Shown: one piece after another, positions 56,174 through 64,000 of the stretch
Layout: the number at the start of each line of letters is the position of its first letter
Numbering within the stretch: position 1 is the first letter of the stretch
NCBI GenBank assembly: GCA_965215615.1
Contig: OZ244068.1
Coordinates: forward strand, 1,648,223 to 1,712,222
Direction of reading: 5' to 3'
Length of the DNA stretch: 64,000 nucleotides
DNA from: Vicinamibacteria bacterium
GTDB taxonomy: Bacteria > Acidobacteriota > Vicinamibacteria > Marinacidobacterales > Marinacidobacteraceae
The notes under the pieces: generated by a model
The model's input: the letters and a program-made list of their open reading frames with translations, nothing else
The model's database searches: none
What the model was told of the DNA's origin: nothing
Program-made: the position numbers and the translations under genes

Positions 56174-57679
56174 TCATCGGTCGATGTGCTCTGGGGGCGA
56201 ACCTTTCGGAGGTATCGGAAGAAATCCCTCGTCACCGCTCGTCTGTTCAATACGCCTGTAAATCTCCATCATATTTTCCCCGTAGCGCTTGAGTTGAAGA
56301 TCGCGATCAGCTTGCGCCTCCTGCGATTCGAACTTTTTTTTGACCGACGGAAGTTTCTTCCAATCATCAAGCTCCTTCAGCCCCCCGCGCGTGGCTTCGC
56401 GTACAGCTTCCCACACGATCGGGTTCGTCATGCAGATATTTCTCCAAGGATCTAGTCTCATCTCTTTTCGAATCTCGTCACGTAGTTCTCGCAACGCCTT
56501 TTCTGCTTGAGTGGGATCAAGTCGTTTCTTTTGCTGCCAGTCAACCCGCGCTTTGGCTGACTTCTGTGCCACCCCGGTGTCGCCCGACTCCGCCTTCTGA
56601 CCCGTCTTTCGCACACCGATTCCTTCGGCCGACGTAAGCTTCGCGATGTCCTTGCGCAGACTATCGAGCAGTTCTGCCAGACCGCGTTCGATATGCTCGT
56701 GAACCCTGGCATCGAGCCGACCCATCCGGTCCTTGATTCCAGAATCCAGGCCGTCCAGCCTGGCGCTCCATTCCTTGCGACTCTCGTTCTGCTCCACCGC
56801 ACCTGAGATCTTCCGAAATATGTCTTCGATGCGCTTGTAGATCTTGTGAATCTTTTCGTGTTCTCCGACGACCACAGCCTTGACTTCGTCGTGGACTTTA
56901 CCGACCGTTTTGTGACGCTCTCCAGCAATCAACGCCGCGATCTGATCCGTTATTTCGCTACCTTTCGGCAATTCGTCAAGCGTCTTGATCAGTTCCTGGT
57001 TTTTCTCCTGCCGCTTCTGAAGTTCAACGCGTAATTCCTTCTCGTTCTCCTTCAGCTTGCGAATCGTCTCATCTCGATCTTGAATCTTCTCGAGGAGTTC
57101 TTTGCGGTCGGACTCCGCTCGCTCCCGTTCTTTCGATACAGAACGGGGAGAAGGAAGGTCGTCAACCCTTGCGAGCGCCTCCTGGCACAATTTTTCCAGA
57201 TTTTCGATCTTGTGCTTTTGCGGAAATTCGGGATAGGCCAGGTCCGTCGCATGCAAGATGGCACTGGCCGCAGATCGCAGCATGTGCTTGGTCAGTTGCC
57301 GTGAGTGGTTTGCACAGTTTCGAAGTTCCTGGATATACCAAAAAAGTCGCGAGAGTTCATAGCAGCGACGCTCGATCCATTTCCTATTGATATTGTTGTG
57401 CTTTTCCAGTTTGTCTTCGAACACACCGGGCAATTTCCAGAAGGGCATTCGTCCTTTGGTCGTTTCGATGTCACGGCGCAGGACTTGCAGTGTCTCGAAA
57501 TCCGGGTTCTCTCGTGGATCTCGTACTCTCGGGTTGAAGTTTCGGACACACTTCATTTTGACGAATATATCGACCGTTCTTCGATGAATATCTTCTGCGA
57601 GTTCGATCAGCAGAGTCATATTGTTGGGTTGGAGCAGCTCGTTATAGGCATCTCGGAGCTCCTCGGGTTTCAAGCTCAT
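56174..57679 (-). CDS. 501-aa hypothetical protein: N-terminal HEPN-like domain (Rx4H motif 'RNCANH'), long central coiled coil, C-terminal domain of unknown function
   Basis: GGAGGG SD 7 nt before the ATG at 57677-57679; gene GC ~53% against ~70%; K/E-rich heptad region ~aa 170-330; 'LFWYIQELRNCANHSRQL'. Confidence 0.7.
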   Translation of the reverse strand: MSLKPEELRDAYNELLQPNNMTLLIELAEDIHRRTVDIFVKMKCVRNFNPRVRDPRENPDFETLQVLRRDIETTKGRMPFWKLPGVFEDKLEKHNNINRKWIERRCYELSRLFWYIQELRNCANHSRQLTKHMLRSAASAILHATDLAYPEFPQKHKIENLEKLCQEALARVDDLPSPRSVSKERERAESDRKELLEKIQDRDETIRKLKENEKELRVELQKRQEKNQELIKTLDELPKGSEITDQIAALIAGERHKTVGKVHDEVKAVVVGEHEKIHKIYKRIEDIFRKISGAVEQNESRKEWSARLDGLDSGIKDRMGRLDARVHEHIERGLAELLDSLRKDIAKLTSAEGIGVRKTGQKAESGDTGVAQKSAKARVDWQQKKRLDPTQAEKALRELRDEIRKEMRLDPWRNICMTNPIVWEAVREATRGGLKELDDWKKLPSVKKKFESQEAQADRDLQLKRYGENMMEIYRRIEQTSGDEGFLPIPPKGSPPEHIDR

Positions 57680-57740
57680 CCGCCACCCTCCGAGGTCGTC
57701 AGCAGGGAGCCTTCTTTCACGAGCGCCCCGTAAATTTCCC

Positions 57741-58169
57741 TCATCCTGTCTCTTCGTATTCGTTCAGCATCAACACCGCCTCGCCATGCATGGAGGACGC
57801 GACGGCGTTCGCGAATCGCGAGTCGGCCGTCACTACCTTCGCGCCGACCCGGTGCGCGAGGGCGAGGTACACACAGTCGTACACGGGATGGTCAAGGGAT
57901 AGCGCCAAGCGAACGGCATCCGTGCTGACCGTCTCGTCGCCCGCCCAGCGCACCGGAATGCCAGACAGTTCAGCCATGGCGGTGCTTGCGTGGGCTCGAT
58001 CGATCTCGCCCACCCGCGCCTTGCGCCACAGCGCATTCGCAACCTCGGTCGCCATCAAGCGCGGCGCATGCAGCTCCTGGCCGCTCGCCACCAGTTTTCG
58101 CGCAGCTTCCGAAGTGCGCTCGTCCACCAGCAACTTGACCGCCACGCTGGCATCCATCACGAGACGCAT
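57741..58169 (-). CDS. vapC: PIN-domain toxin VapC
   Basis: 'MRLVMDASVAV...' PIN fold; ATGA overlap with the upstream antitoxin. Confidence 0.8.
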   Translation of the reverse strand: MRLVMDASVAVKLLVDERTSEAARKLVASGQELHAPRLMATEVANALWRKARVGEIDRAHASTAMAELSGIPVRWAGDETVSTDAVRLALSLDHPVYDCVYLALAHRVGAKVVTADSRFANAVASSMHGEAVLMLNEYEETG

Positions 58170-58429
58170 CAGAACCCGTCGCGATGGCCGCGGTCGCGGT
58201 CCTCCCGGATCAGCTCTTCGGCGGGAGTCTGCTTGCTTCCCCTCGTCTTCTCCCGCAGCCGGTCTGATGCCACGAGGAAAGCGGCCCGTTTCCCGGCCAC
58301 GTCGTCGTCGGACGCGCTCTCCAGAATGTGGCGCACCTCACCCTCGAGCGACCGATTGCTCGAGGCGGCGCGACGCTTGAGACGCTCCACGATGTCATCG
58401 CGGAGTTGTCGTACGAGGATCGTCGCCAT
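58169..58429 (-). CDS. vapB: RHH (FitA/StbC-like) antitoxin VapB
   Basis: 'MATILVRQLRDDIVERLKRRAASSNRSLEGEVRHIL'; ATG at 58427-58429. Confidence 0.7.
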   Translation of the reverse strand: MATILVRQLRDDIVERLKRRAASSNRSLEGEVRHILESASDDDVAGKRAAFLVASDRLREKTRGSKQTPAEELIREDRDRGHRDGF

Positions 58430-58504
58430 GGGTTCGTTCCACGAAGCTATCACATGGATAGCGTGCTCCCTGCGCTCGATGGGCGGCGGTCGCACTCACG
58501 CTGC

Positions 58505-61500
58505 CTACTCCGGGATCGTGAGCAGCGAGCCCTCCTTCGCGAGCGAGCCGTCCGCCACCAGCCCGTCGAGCACCTGCCGGAATCGCTCGACAACCGGCTT
58601 CGTCACCCGCTCGAAGCCGAACAGACGCGCCGCCTCCCGGGCCGCAGCTTCCGGCTCGATCCCGTAGCTCACCCGCGCCGCCTGGATCAGCGCGGTCGCG
58701 ATCTCTTCTTTCGCGATCCGCTCCGGCTTGCGGAGGGATGGGGGGAGCTCTCCGCTGCGAACGCGGACTTCCGCAGTCGCGCTCTCTCGCCGCCAGAGGA
58801 ATCCTTCCGCATCCATCCGGCAGAGGCCGCTGCGCTCCGCTTCCGCTACGCCGAGCCGCATCTGCTCGCGGATTCGGGACCCGGTGCGCCCGACACCCGT
58901 CGCCTCGCGGATGCGCAGCAGGACTTCCTCCTCGTGGACCGGACTCTCCACCGCGACCACTTTCCCGATCCAGTCGGCGAACCGGGCGGCCGGCGCCTCG
59001 TGGAGCGGGGTGGCCAGGATGAGAATTCCGAGATCGGCCACTTCGTAGGGGCGGGTGGGCACCGCGACTTCCCGCTCGGCCTCCGGGGCGCGATCGAGCG
59101 GCTTCGCCCGCTGCGGCGGTGCAGGCGGGGCCGGGCCGGTCGTCTCGGAGGCTGCCCGGATAGCCGCCTCCACCTTCTTCATCTCGGTATCCGGGTCGCG
59201 GAACCAGTCGGTGCTCCAGATGCGGTGGATCGTCCAGCCCAGCCCTTCGAGCACCTGCTGGCGGAGCCGGTCGCGATCGCGGGCGGAGCGGGAGCTGTGG
59301 TAGGTCGCGCCGTCACACTCGATCCCGAGGAGGTACCGGCCCGGCTGGCGGGGATCGCGCACCGCCAGATCGATGAAAAAGCCCACCGAGCCGACTTGGT
59401 GCTCCACCTCGAAGCCGAGCGCCCGCACCCGGTCGGCGACCGCTTCCTCGAAGGGAGAATCGGCACCGCGCCCGGTGGTCCGGGGGGTGTCCAGCTTGCC
59501 GGTTTCGGCATATTCGAGGAAGGTCTTGAGCGCGGCGATGCCCCGCGCATCCGAACGCCGCAGATCGAGGTCCGCGCCGGTGAAGTTGCAAAAGACCACC
59601 GAACGCCGCCGCGCCCGGGTGATCAGCACGTTCAGGCGGCGCTCCCCGCCCTCGCGGTTGAGCGGGCCGAAGTTCATCGGCAGGTAGGTTCCTTCGACCT
59701 TGCCGTAGCCGACGCTGATCAGGATCACGTCCCGTTCGTCGCCCTGGACGTTTTCGAGGTTCTTCACGAAGAAGGGCTCTTCCGGGTGCGCGCCGAAGAA
59801 TCCCTCGCCGCCGGATTCCTTCCGTCGCAGGATGTCCACCTCGTCCTCGATGCGCCGCGCCTGGGCGTTGCTGAAGGCGGCGACCCCGAGCGTGAGTCCG
59901 GGTGACTCGCGGGCGTGCTCCATCACCGCCTGCGCGATCCCTTTCGCCTCGGCGATGTTGATCCCCTTGCGTTCGTAGTGGTTTTCGGGGTTCTGGCGGA
60001 AGAGGAGCCCCGCGTCTTTCTTCCCGGCATCGGGGCTCGGGAAAACGATCAACCGATCGTCGTAGAACTCGTGGTTCGAGACCGCGATGAGCGATTCGTG
60101 CCGGCTGCGGTAGTGCCACTTGAGCATCCGCTCCGGCGCACCCTGCGCCGAGAACATCCCGAGGATGCTCTCCATGTCCGCCGTCAGGCTCCCCTCCTCT
60201 TCGTCCTCGTCCACCATCCGGTCGAAGAAGCTGGTGGGCGGGAGCTGCTTGCTGTCGCCGACCACCACCGTCTGCGCGCCGCGAAGAATCGCCCCGAGCG
60301 CGTCCACCGGCCGCACCTGACTCGCCTCGTCGAAAACCACCAGATCGAAGCGGATCGACCCCGGCGGGATGTACTTGGCGATCGAAAGCGGGCTCATCAT
60401 GAAGACCGGCTTGATGCTCTGGATGGCGCGCCCCGCCTCCCGCATGAGACGCCGGACCGGAAGATGGCGGCTCTTCTTCTGGAACTCCCGCTTGAGCACC
60501 CCGAGCTGGCCGCCTCCCTCGTGGCGCGGCAGTCGCTTCCAGTGCTGTTCGGCGATCCGTGCCTGGTTCTCGTGGAATTGCTCGGTATCCAGCTCGCGGA
60601 ACCGCTCGACGACCCCCGCGTGGGTCGCCCCGTCGAACTCGGCGAGCGGGAGGCGATCACGGAACGCGATGTCCAGCCAGCCGCCATAGCAGGCGTGCTC
60701 GAAGCGCGCGGTCAGGTTCCGGGCTGCATCCGCTGAGGAAGCGGCGAGGGCCGCCACCTCGGGGATTCCCTCCTCCGCCCCGCGGTGTTCGTACTGGTTG
60801 AAGCGGACCACATCGAAAGCGGAGTCGGCATCCGCGTGAGCTTCCTGTAGCCAGCCCCCGAGAGCGCCGAAGTTTCGATCCGCGAGCGGCCCCTCGTCAC
60901 CGAGCCGGTCAGGGCGCACTTCGAGAAACTCCTCGAGATCCCCGAGCGCCCGCCCGAATGCCTCTCTGGCGGCATCCGCGGCTTCGGCGGAAGTTTCGAG
61001 CTCAGGGAGGTCGGGCCGGTCGTCGAGAAGGGCGTGGATTTCGGGAGCGATCCGCCCCTCGGCCAGATCCCGGTGAAGCGCCGCGAGCCATTCCGCCGCC
61101 TCGGCGAAACTCCGGTATGTCTCCACCCGGTCCCCGAGACGGAGCCCGGGAAACAGCCGTTCCACGAGGTCGGCAGATTCCGCGACCTCTCGCCGCAGCC
61201 GACGGGCTTCGAGGATCGCGTCGAGGAGCTCGATCTGCTCGGAAACGGCCCCCGTTGCGGTATCGCGGCAGAGCCCGCCCACTTGGCGGCTCGCCTCCCG
61301 GAATCGTCCGGAAAGGAAGCGCCACCACTTGCTACCGACCGTGCGAAGCGTCTGGCGGATAGCCAGCACGTCCTGATCCCAAGCCTCGGGGATCAGAACA
61401 CGGTCGCGCTCTTCGCGGATTTCGGCGTAGCGCCGGGCGGCCTCTGCCACCAGTCCGGCCGGCTCGGAATCGCGATGCCTCGCCCCGAGCAGATCCGGCG

Positions 61501-63196
61501 CTTCCCGGACCCGACGGGCAGTCCGTGCCAGTCGCTCCAGATCCTCCCGCGTCAGCGCGGAAAACCTTTCCTCGCAACCCATCCGGCCGCGGAGTGCTTC
61601 GGAGCCTTCTTCGAGGCGGCGAAGGCTCGCCGTCACGCTCGCGACGAGCTCCCGGAGCCGGGGCGCATCGCTCGGGAGGAAGTTCCGACGGCCCGAGATC
61701 CACCAGCGGTGCCCGCCCGGAAGCCCGATCGTCGCCACCAGGGCCTCGATCTCCCGGACGAGCGCCCGGCGGCGAGCGAAATCCCCGGCAGTCCAGGAAG
61801 CCAGGTTTTCGATCCCGAGCGCGGCCTCTTCCGGATCGAGCCCTTTGGCTCTGAGCGCGGTGATCCGCCCCACGAGGTCGTGGGGAGTCAGCCGGCTCTC
61901 CCCGACCGGAGTGCCCACCGCTTCCGAATAGTCGTTGAGCCGCTCGCGGCTCGCCTCGAGGAGGGCGCGTCGCTCGCCCGTGTCCTGGGTCTTCGGGCAT
62001 CCGAGCGCGAGGGTCCGCTTGAGCTCGTCGAGCACCGCCCGCTTGTTCGTCTGGTGGCTGTGGAGTTCGAGGCACGCCTCCCCCAGATGGACGGAGTCGA
62101 GGCGGCGCTTCACGACCTCGAGCGCGGCCATCTTCTCCGCGACGAACAGGATCGTCTTGCCGCGGGCCAGCGCCTCGCCGATCAGGTTGGTGATCGTCTG
62201 GGACTTGCCGGTTCCGGGCGGCCCCTGGATGACCAGATTGCGTCCGGCCATCGCATCGAGCACCGCGAGCGCCTGCGAGCTGTCGGCATCCACCACCGGA
62301 TGGAGGCCAGCCTCCTCGACATCCCCCGTCCCCTCCCCGCCTGCCTCGAAATCGGGAGGCTCTTCCCGAAAACCCGCCTCGCTGAAGAGCTTCCGGGCGA
62401 CCGGGTGCTCCGAAGGCCCGGCTCCCTCCGGCCAGCTCGCCGGGTCCAGATCCTTGTAGATCAGCAACTTGTTGAAGGAAAAGAAGTCGAGATGGATGTC
62501 GTTCCGCTCGACCGACCAGCCGTTCTGGCTCTCCACCGCGCGTTCGACTTCGGTCAGGTACGTCTCCACGTCCAGCTCGTCTTCGGCCGGCATCCCGGGG
62601 AAACGCACGTCGAAATCGGTTCGCAGCTTGGTTTCGAGCGAGAGATTGGGTTCGATGTCTTCTCCGGTCCAGGAGAGCTTGAAACTCTCGCGACCACCCG
62701 ACCGGACGAGCTGCGCCGGCAGCAGGATCAGAGGGGCGCAGCGGTCGGCTTCGCTCTGATCGGATTCGCGCCAACGGAGCGTTCCGAGGGCGAGGAAGAG
62801 GAAGTTCACCCCCTGCTCTTCGGTCATGAGGCGTGCCTGCCTCGAGGTCTCGCGGAGGCGCAGGTTGAGGTTCGGGAGGGAGAGCGCGGTCTGGAGCTTG
62901 TTGTCGGTGTGCCTCGCGGCAGGTTCCGCATCGTCCGGCGGCTCGGCAAGGATCGCGAGCAGTTCCTCGGGAGCATCCGAGCGGGTTTCTTCCGTGTCTT
63001 CCCCGGGGAGGAAATACATGACGCGCTCCTCGCGGACCAGAATCCGGAACACCTCCCGGGAGAGTTCGTCCACGATCCGAACCCCCCGTCGCCTTCCCGG
63101 ACGGAAGCTCAGTAGCGGGTTGCGAAACGAGAAGTCGAGAACGTCGCGGCGGGAGCCCTCGATGGCGAGCGCGACCGGATCGGCAGCAGAGGACAT
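58505..63196 (-). CDS. 1563-aa DUF4011 / Upf1-DNA2-like SF1 helicase / DUF559 (Vsr-like PD-(D/E)xK) nuclease / DUF3320 fusion protein
   Basis: Walker A 'GPPGTGKSQTI', motif II 'VVFDEASQ', 'VVVGDSKQLPPT', motif VI 'NVLITRARR'; C-terminal 'FFIDLAV...LGIECDGATYHSS' nuclease core. Confidence 0.85.
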   Translation of the reverse strand: MSSAADPVALAIEGSRRDVLDFSFRNPLLSFRPGRRRGVRIVDELSREVFRILVREERVMYFLPGEDTEETRSDAPEELLAILAEPPDDAEPAARHTDNKLQTALSLPNLNLRLRETSRQARLMTEEQGVNFLFLALGTLRWRESDQSEADRCAPLILLPAQLVRSGGRESFKLSWTGEDIEPNLSLETKLRTDFDVRFPGMPAEDELDVETYLTEVERAVESQNGWSVERNDIHLDFFSFNKLLIYKDLDPASWPEGAGPSEHPVARKLFSEAGFREEPPDFEAGGEGTGDVEEAGLHPVVDADSSQALAVLDAMAGRNLVIQGPPGTGKSQTITNLIGEALARGKTILFVAEKMAALEVVKRRLDSVHLGEACLELHSHQTNKRAVLDELKRTLALGCPKTQDTGERRALLEASRERLNDYSEAVGTPVGESRLTPHDLVGRITALRAKGLDPEEAALGIENLASWTAGDFARRRALVREIEALVATIGLPGGHRWWISGRRNFLPSDAPRLRELVASVTASLRRLEEGSEALRGRMGCEERFSALTREDLERLARTARRVREAPDLLGARHRDSEPAGLVAEAARRYAEIREERDRVLIPEAWDQDVLAIRQTLRTVGSKWWRFLSGRFREASRQVGGLCRDTATGAVSEQIELLDAILEARRLRREVAESADLVERLFPGLRLGDRVETYRSFAEAAEWLAALHRDLAEGRIAPEIHALLDDRPDLPELETSAEAADAAREAFGRALGDLEEFLEVRPDRLGDEGPLADRNFGALGGWLQEAHADADSAFDVVRFNQYEHRGAEEGIPEVAALAASSADAARNLTARFEHACYGGWLDIAFRDRLPLAEFDGATHAGVVERFRELDTEQFHENQARIAEQHWKRLPRHEGGGQLGVLKREFQKKSRHLPVRRLMREAGRAIQSIKPVFMMSPLSIAKYIPPGSIRFDLVVFDEASQVRPVDALGAILRGAQTVVVGDSKQLPPTSFFDRMVDEDEEEGSLTADMESILGMFSAQGAPERMLKWHYRSRHESLIAVSNHEFYDDRLIVFPSPDAGKKDAGLLFRQNPENHYERKGINIAEAKGIAQAVMEHARESPGLTLGVAAFSNAQARRIEDEVDILRRKESGGEGFFGAHPEEPFFVKNLENVQGDERDVILISVGYGKVEGTYLPMNFGPLNREGGERRLNVLITRARRRSVVFCNFTGADLDLRRSDARGIAALKTFLEYAETGKLDTPRTTGRGADSPFEEAVADRVRALGFEVEHQVGSVGFFIDLAVRDPRQPGRYLLGIECDGATYHSSRSARDRDRLRQQVLEGLGWTIHRIWSTDWFRDPDTEMKKVEAAIRAASETTGPAPPAPPQRAKPLDRAPEAEREVAVPTRPYEVADLGILILATPLHEAPAARFADWIGKVVAVESPVHEEEVLLRIREATGVGRTGSRIREQMRLGVAEAERSGLCRMDAEGFLWRRESATAEVRVRSGELPPSLRKPERIAKEEIATALIQAARVSYGIEPEAAAREAARLFGFERVTKPVVERFRQVLDGLVADGSLAKEGSLLTIPE

Positions 63197-63200
63197 CCGG

Positions 63201-63971
63201 TCAGGCGCGCGCTTCCACGACGACCGTCACCACGTCCACCTCGTTGTATTGCTGGTGGCGGACCGAGGCCGCATGATGGCGGAGAAGACGCAGGGAAATC
63301 TCCTGCTCGGCGGCGACTCCGGAATCACCGAGTGTCAGGAGCTGGTCCTCGAAGTTCGTTTCCGAAGGGGCCGCGACGAACTCCACTTCCACCGAGCGGG
63401 CATCCCCGCGGGCGGTCACCCGGAGCTTGCGGTCCGCTGTCTTGCGGTCCGCTGTCCCGTCCTCCGGAGCGATCAGCAAAAAGGCTTCCTCCCCGCTCGA
63501 ACGAAGGCGCTCCCGCGAGCGGTCGCTCCACTTCCGCCGCTCGGCCCACCGGACGAGGAATTCATCCAGCCGGGGCATCGCCTTCCGGTCCAGCGCGGCT
63601 TCGAAGCGGACCGCGCGGGGGCCGGTCGCGACCAGAAACAGCATCAACAGCAGGATCACCCCTCCGCCAGCGGTCATCCCGTTGCCGAGCAGGGATTCCC
63701 AGAACTCCCCGAAGCGACCCGGAAAGATGGCTCGCGACTGGAAACCCACACCCACCCAGTACGCGACTCCGACCACCGTCGCGGTTCGGAGATCCATGCC
63801 GTCGCGCGACGCGATGCGGAACCCGACCATGAACAGCACCGCGATCAGCACGAAGGTATAGGCGGCGATGACCGGATCCGGAATCGAGACGACGAGCGCG
63901 GTCGCCTTGGGCATGAACGCGAGCACGAGGAAGGCGATCCCGACGTGGACACCCACGAGCCGCGATGCCAC
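63201..63971 (-). CDS. NCS2/xanthine-uracil-permease-like membrane protein C-terminal part with extra cytoplasmic domain (probably extends beyond the window)
   Basis: TM helices 'VVGVAYWVGVGF...GGGVILLLMLFLVATG' typical of nucleobase permease C-termini; the frame may continue past 64000. Confidence 0.45.
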   Translation of the reverse strand: MASRLVGVHVGIAFLVLAFMPKATALVVSIPDPVIAAYTFVLIAVLFMVGFRIASRDGMDLRTATVVGVAYWVGVGFQSRAIFPGRFGEFWESLLGNGMTAGGGVILLLMLFLVATGPRAVRFEAALDRKAMPRLDEFLVRWAERRKWSDRSRERLRSSGEEAFLLIAPEDGTADRKTADRKLRVTARGDARSVEVEFVAAPSETNFEDQLLTLGDSGVAAEQEISLRLLRHHAASVRHQQYNEVDVVTVVVEARA

Positions 63972-64000
63972 CCCGGTGAGCTCGACGAGCGAAATGCTGG

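Noticed and set aside
1-64000. tRNA, rRNA, CRISPR arrays, integrase or transposase genes
   Set aside because: No T-loop/acceptor-stem-like sequences in non-coding gaps, no rRNA-like conserved stretches, no regularly spaced direct repeats with unique spacers, and no ORF with recombinase/transposase motifs; the islands here are not flanked by recognisable integration machinery within the window.

Overview
High-GC (~70%) chromosomal segment from a Gram-negative bacterium. The Gram-negative call rests on type IV pilus secretin genes, an outer-membrane beta-barrel tail on a giant protein, and Tat/Sec signal peptides. Most of the window is densely packed housekeeping genes: glpK, a secreted M24 peptidase, coaE, folD, thiE, accB-accC, the pilM-N-O-P-Q type IV pilus operon, rplM-rpsI, rpsB-tsf-pyrH-frr, ppk1, various hydrolases and oxidoreductases. 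Three parts stand out. (1) A 12.8-kb gene (34409..47212) encodes a 4267-aa autotransporter-like adhesin built from FN3, Ig-like and Calx-beta-like repeats, with several near-identical intragenic DNA repeats and a 21-nt poly-C tract ending 5 nt before its ATG. A degraded paralog of this gene, plus a conserved 80-nt 3'-flanking element, survives in inverted orientation next to pilM (about 15.56-16.0 kb). (2) A low-GC (~48%) insertion at 3.2-7.0 kb carries a DUF262/DUF1524 (GmrSD-like) nuclease gene followed by a vapBC module. (3) A defence-island-like cluster at 54.9-63.2 kb holds a tandemly duplicated Phd-type antitoxin with a PIN toxin, a low-GC (~53%) gene for a 501-aa HEPN-like coiled-coil protein, a second vapBC pair, and a 1563-aa DUF4011 / Upf1-like SF1 helicase with a C-terminal DUF559-type nuclease domain. 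These last four genes are co-directional with short gaps and may form a previously undescribed defence module. No rRNA, tRNA or CRISPR arrays were recognised. Many very long ORFs in the six-frame track are antisense or shadow ORFs typical of high-GC DNA and are rejected.
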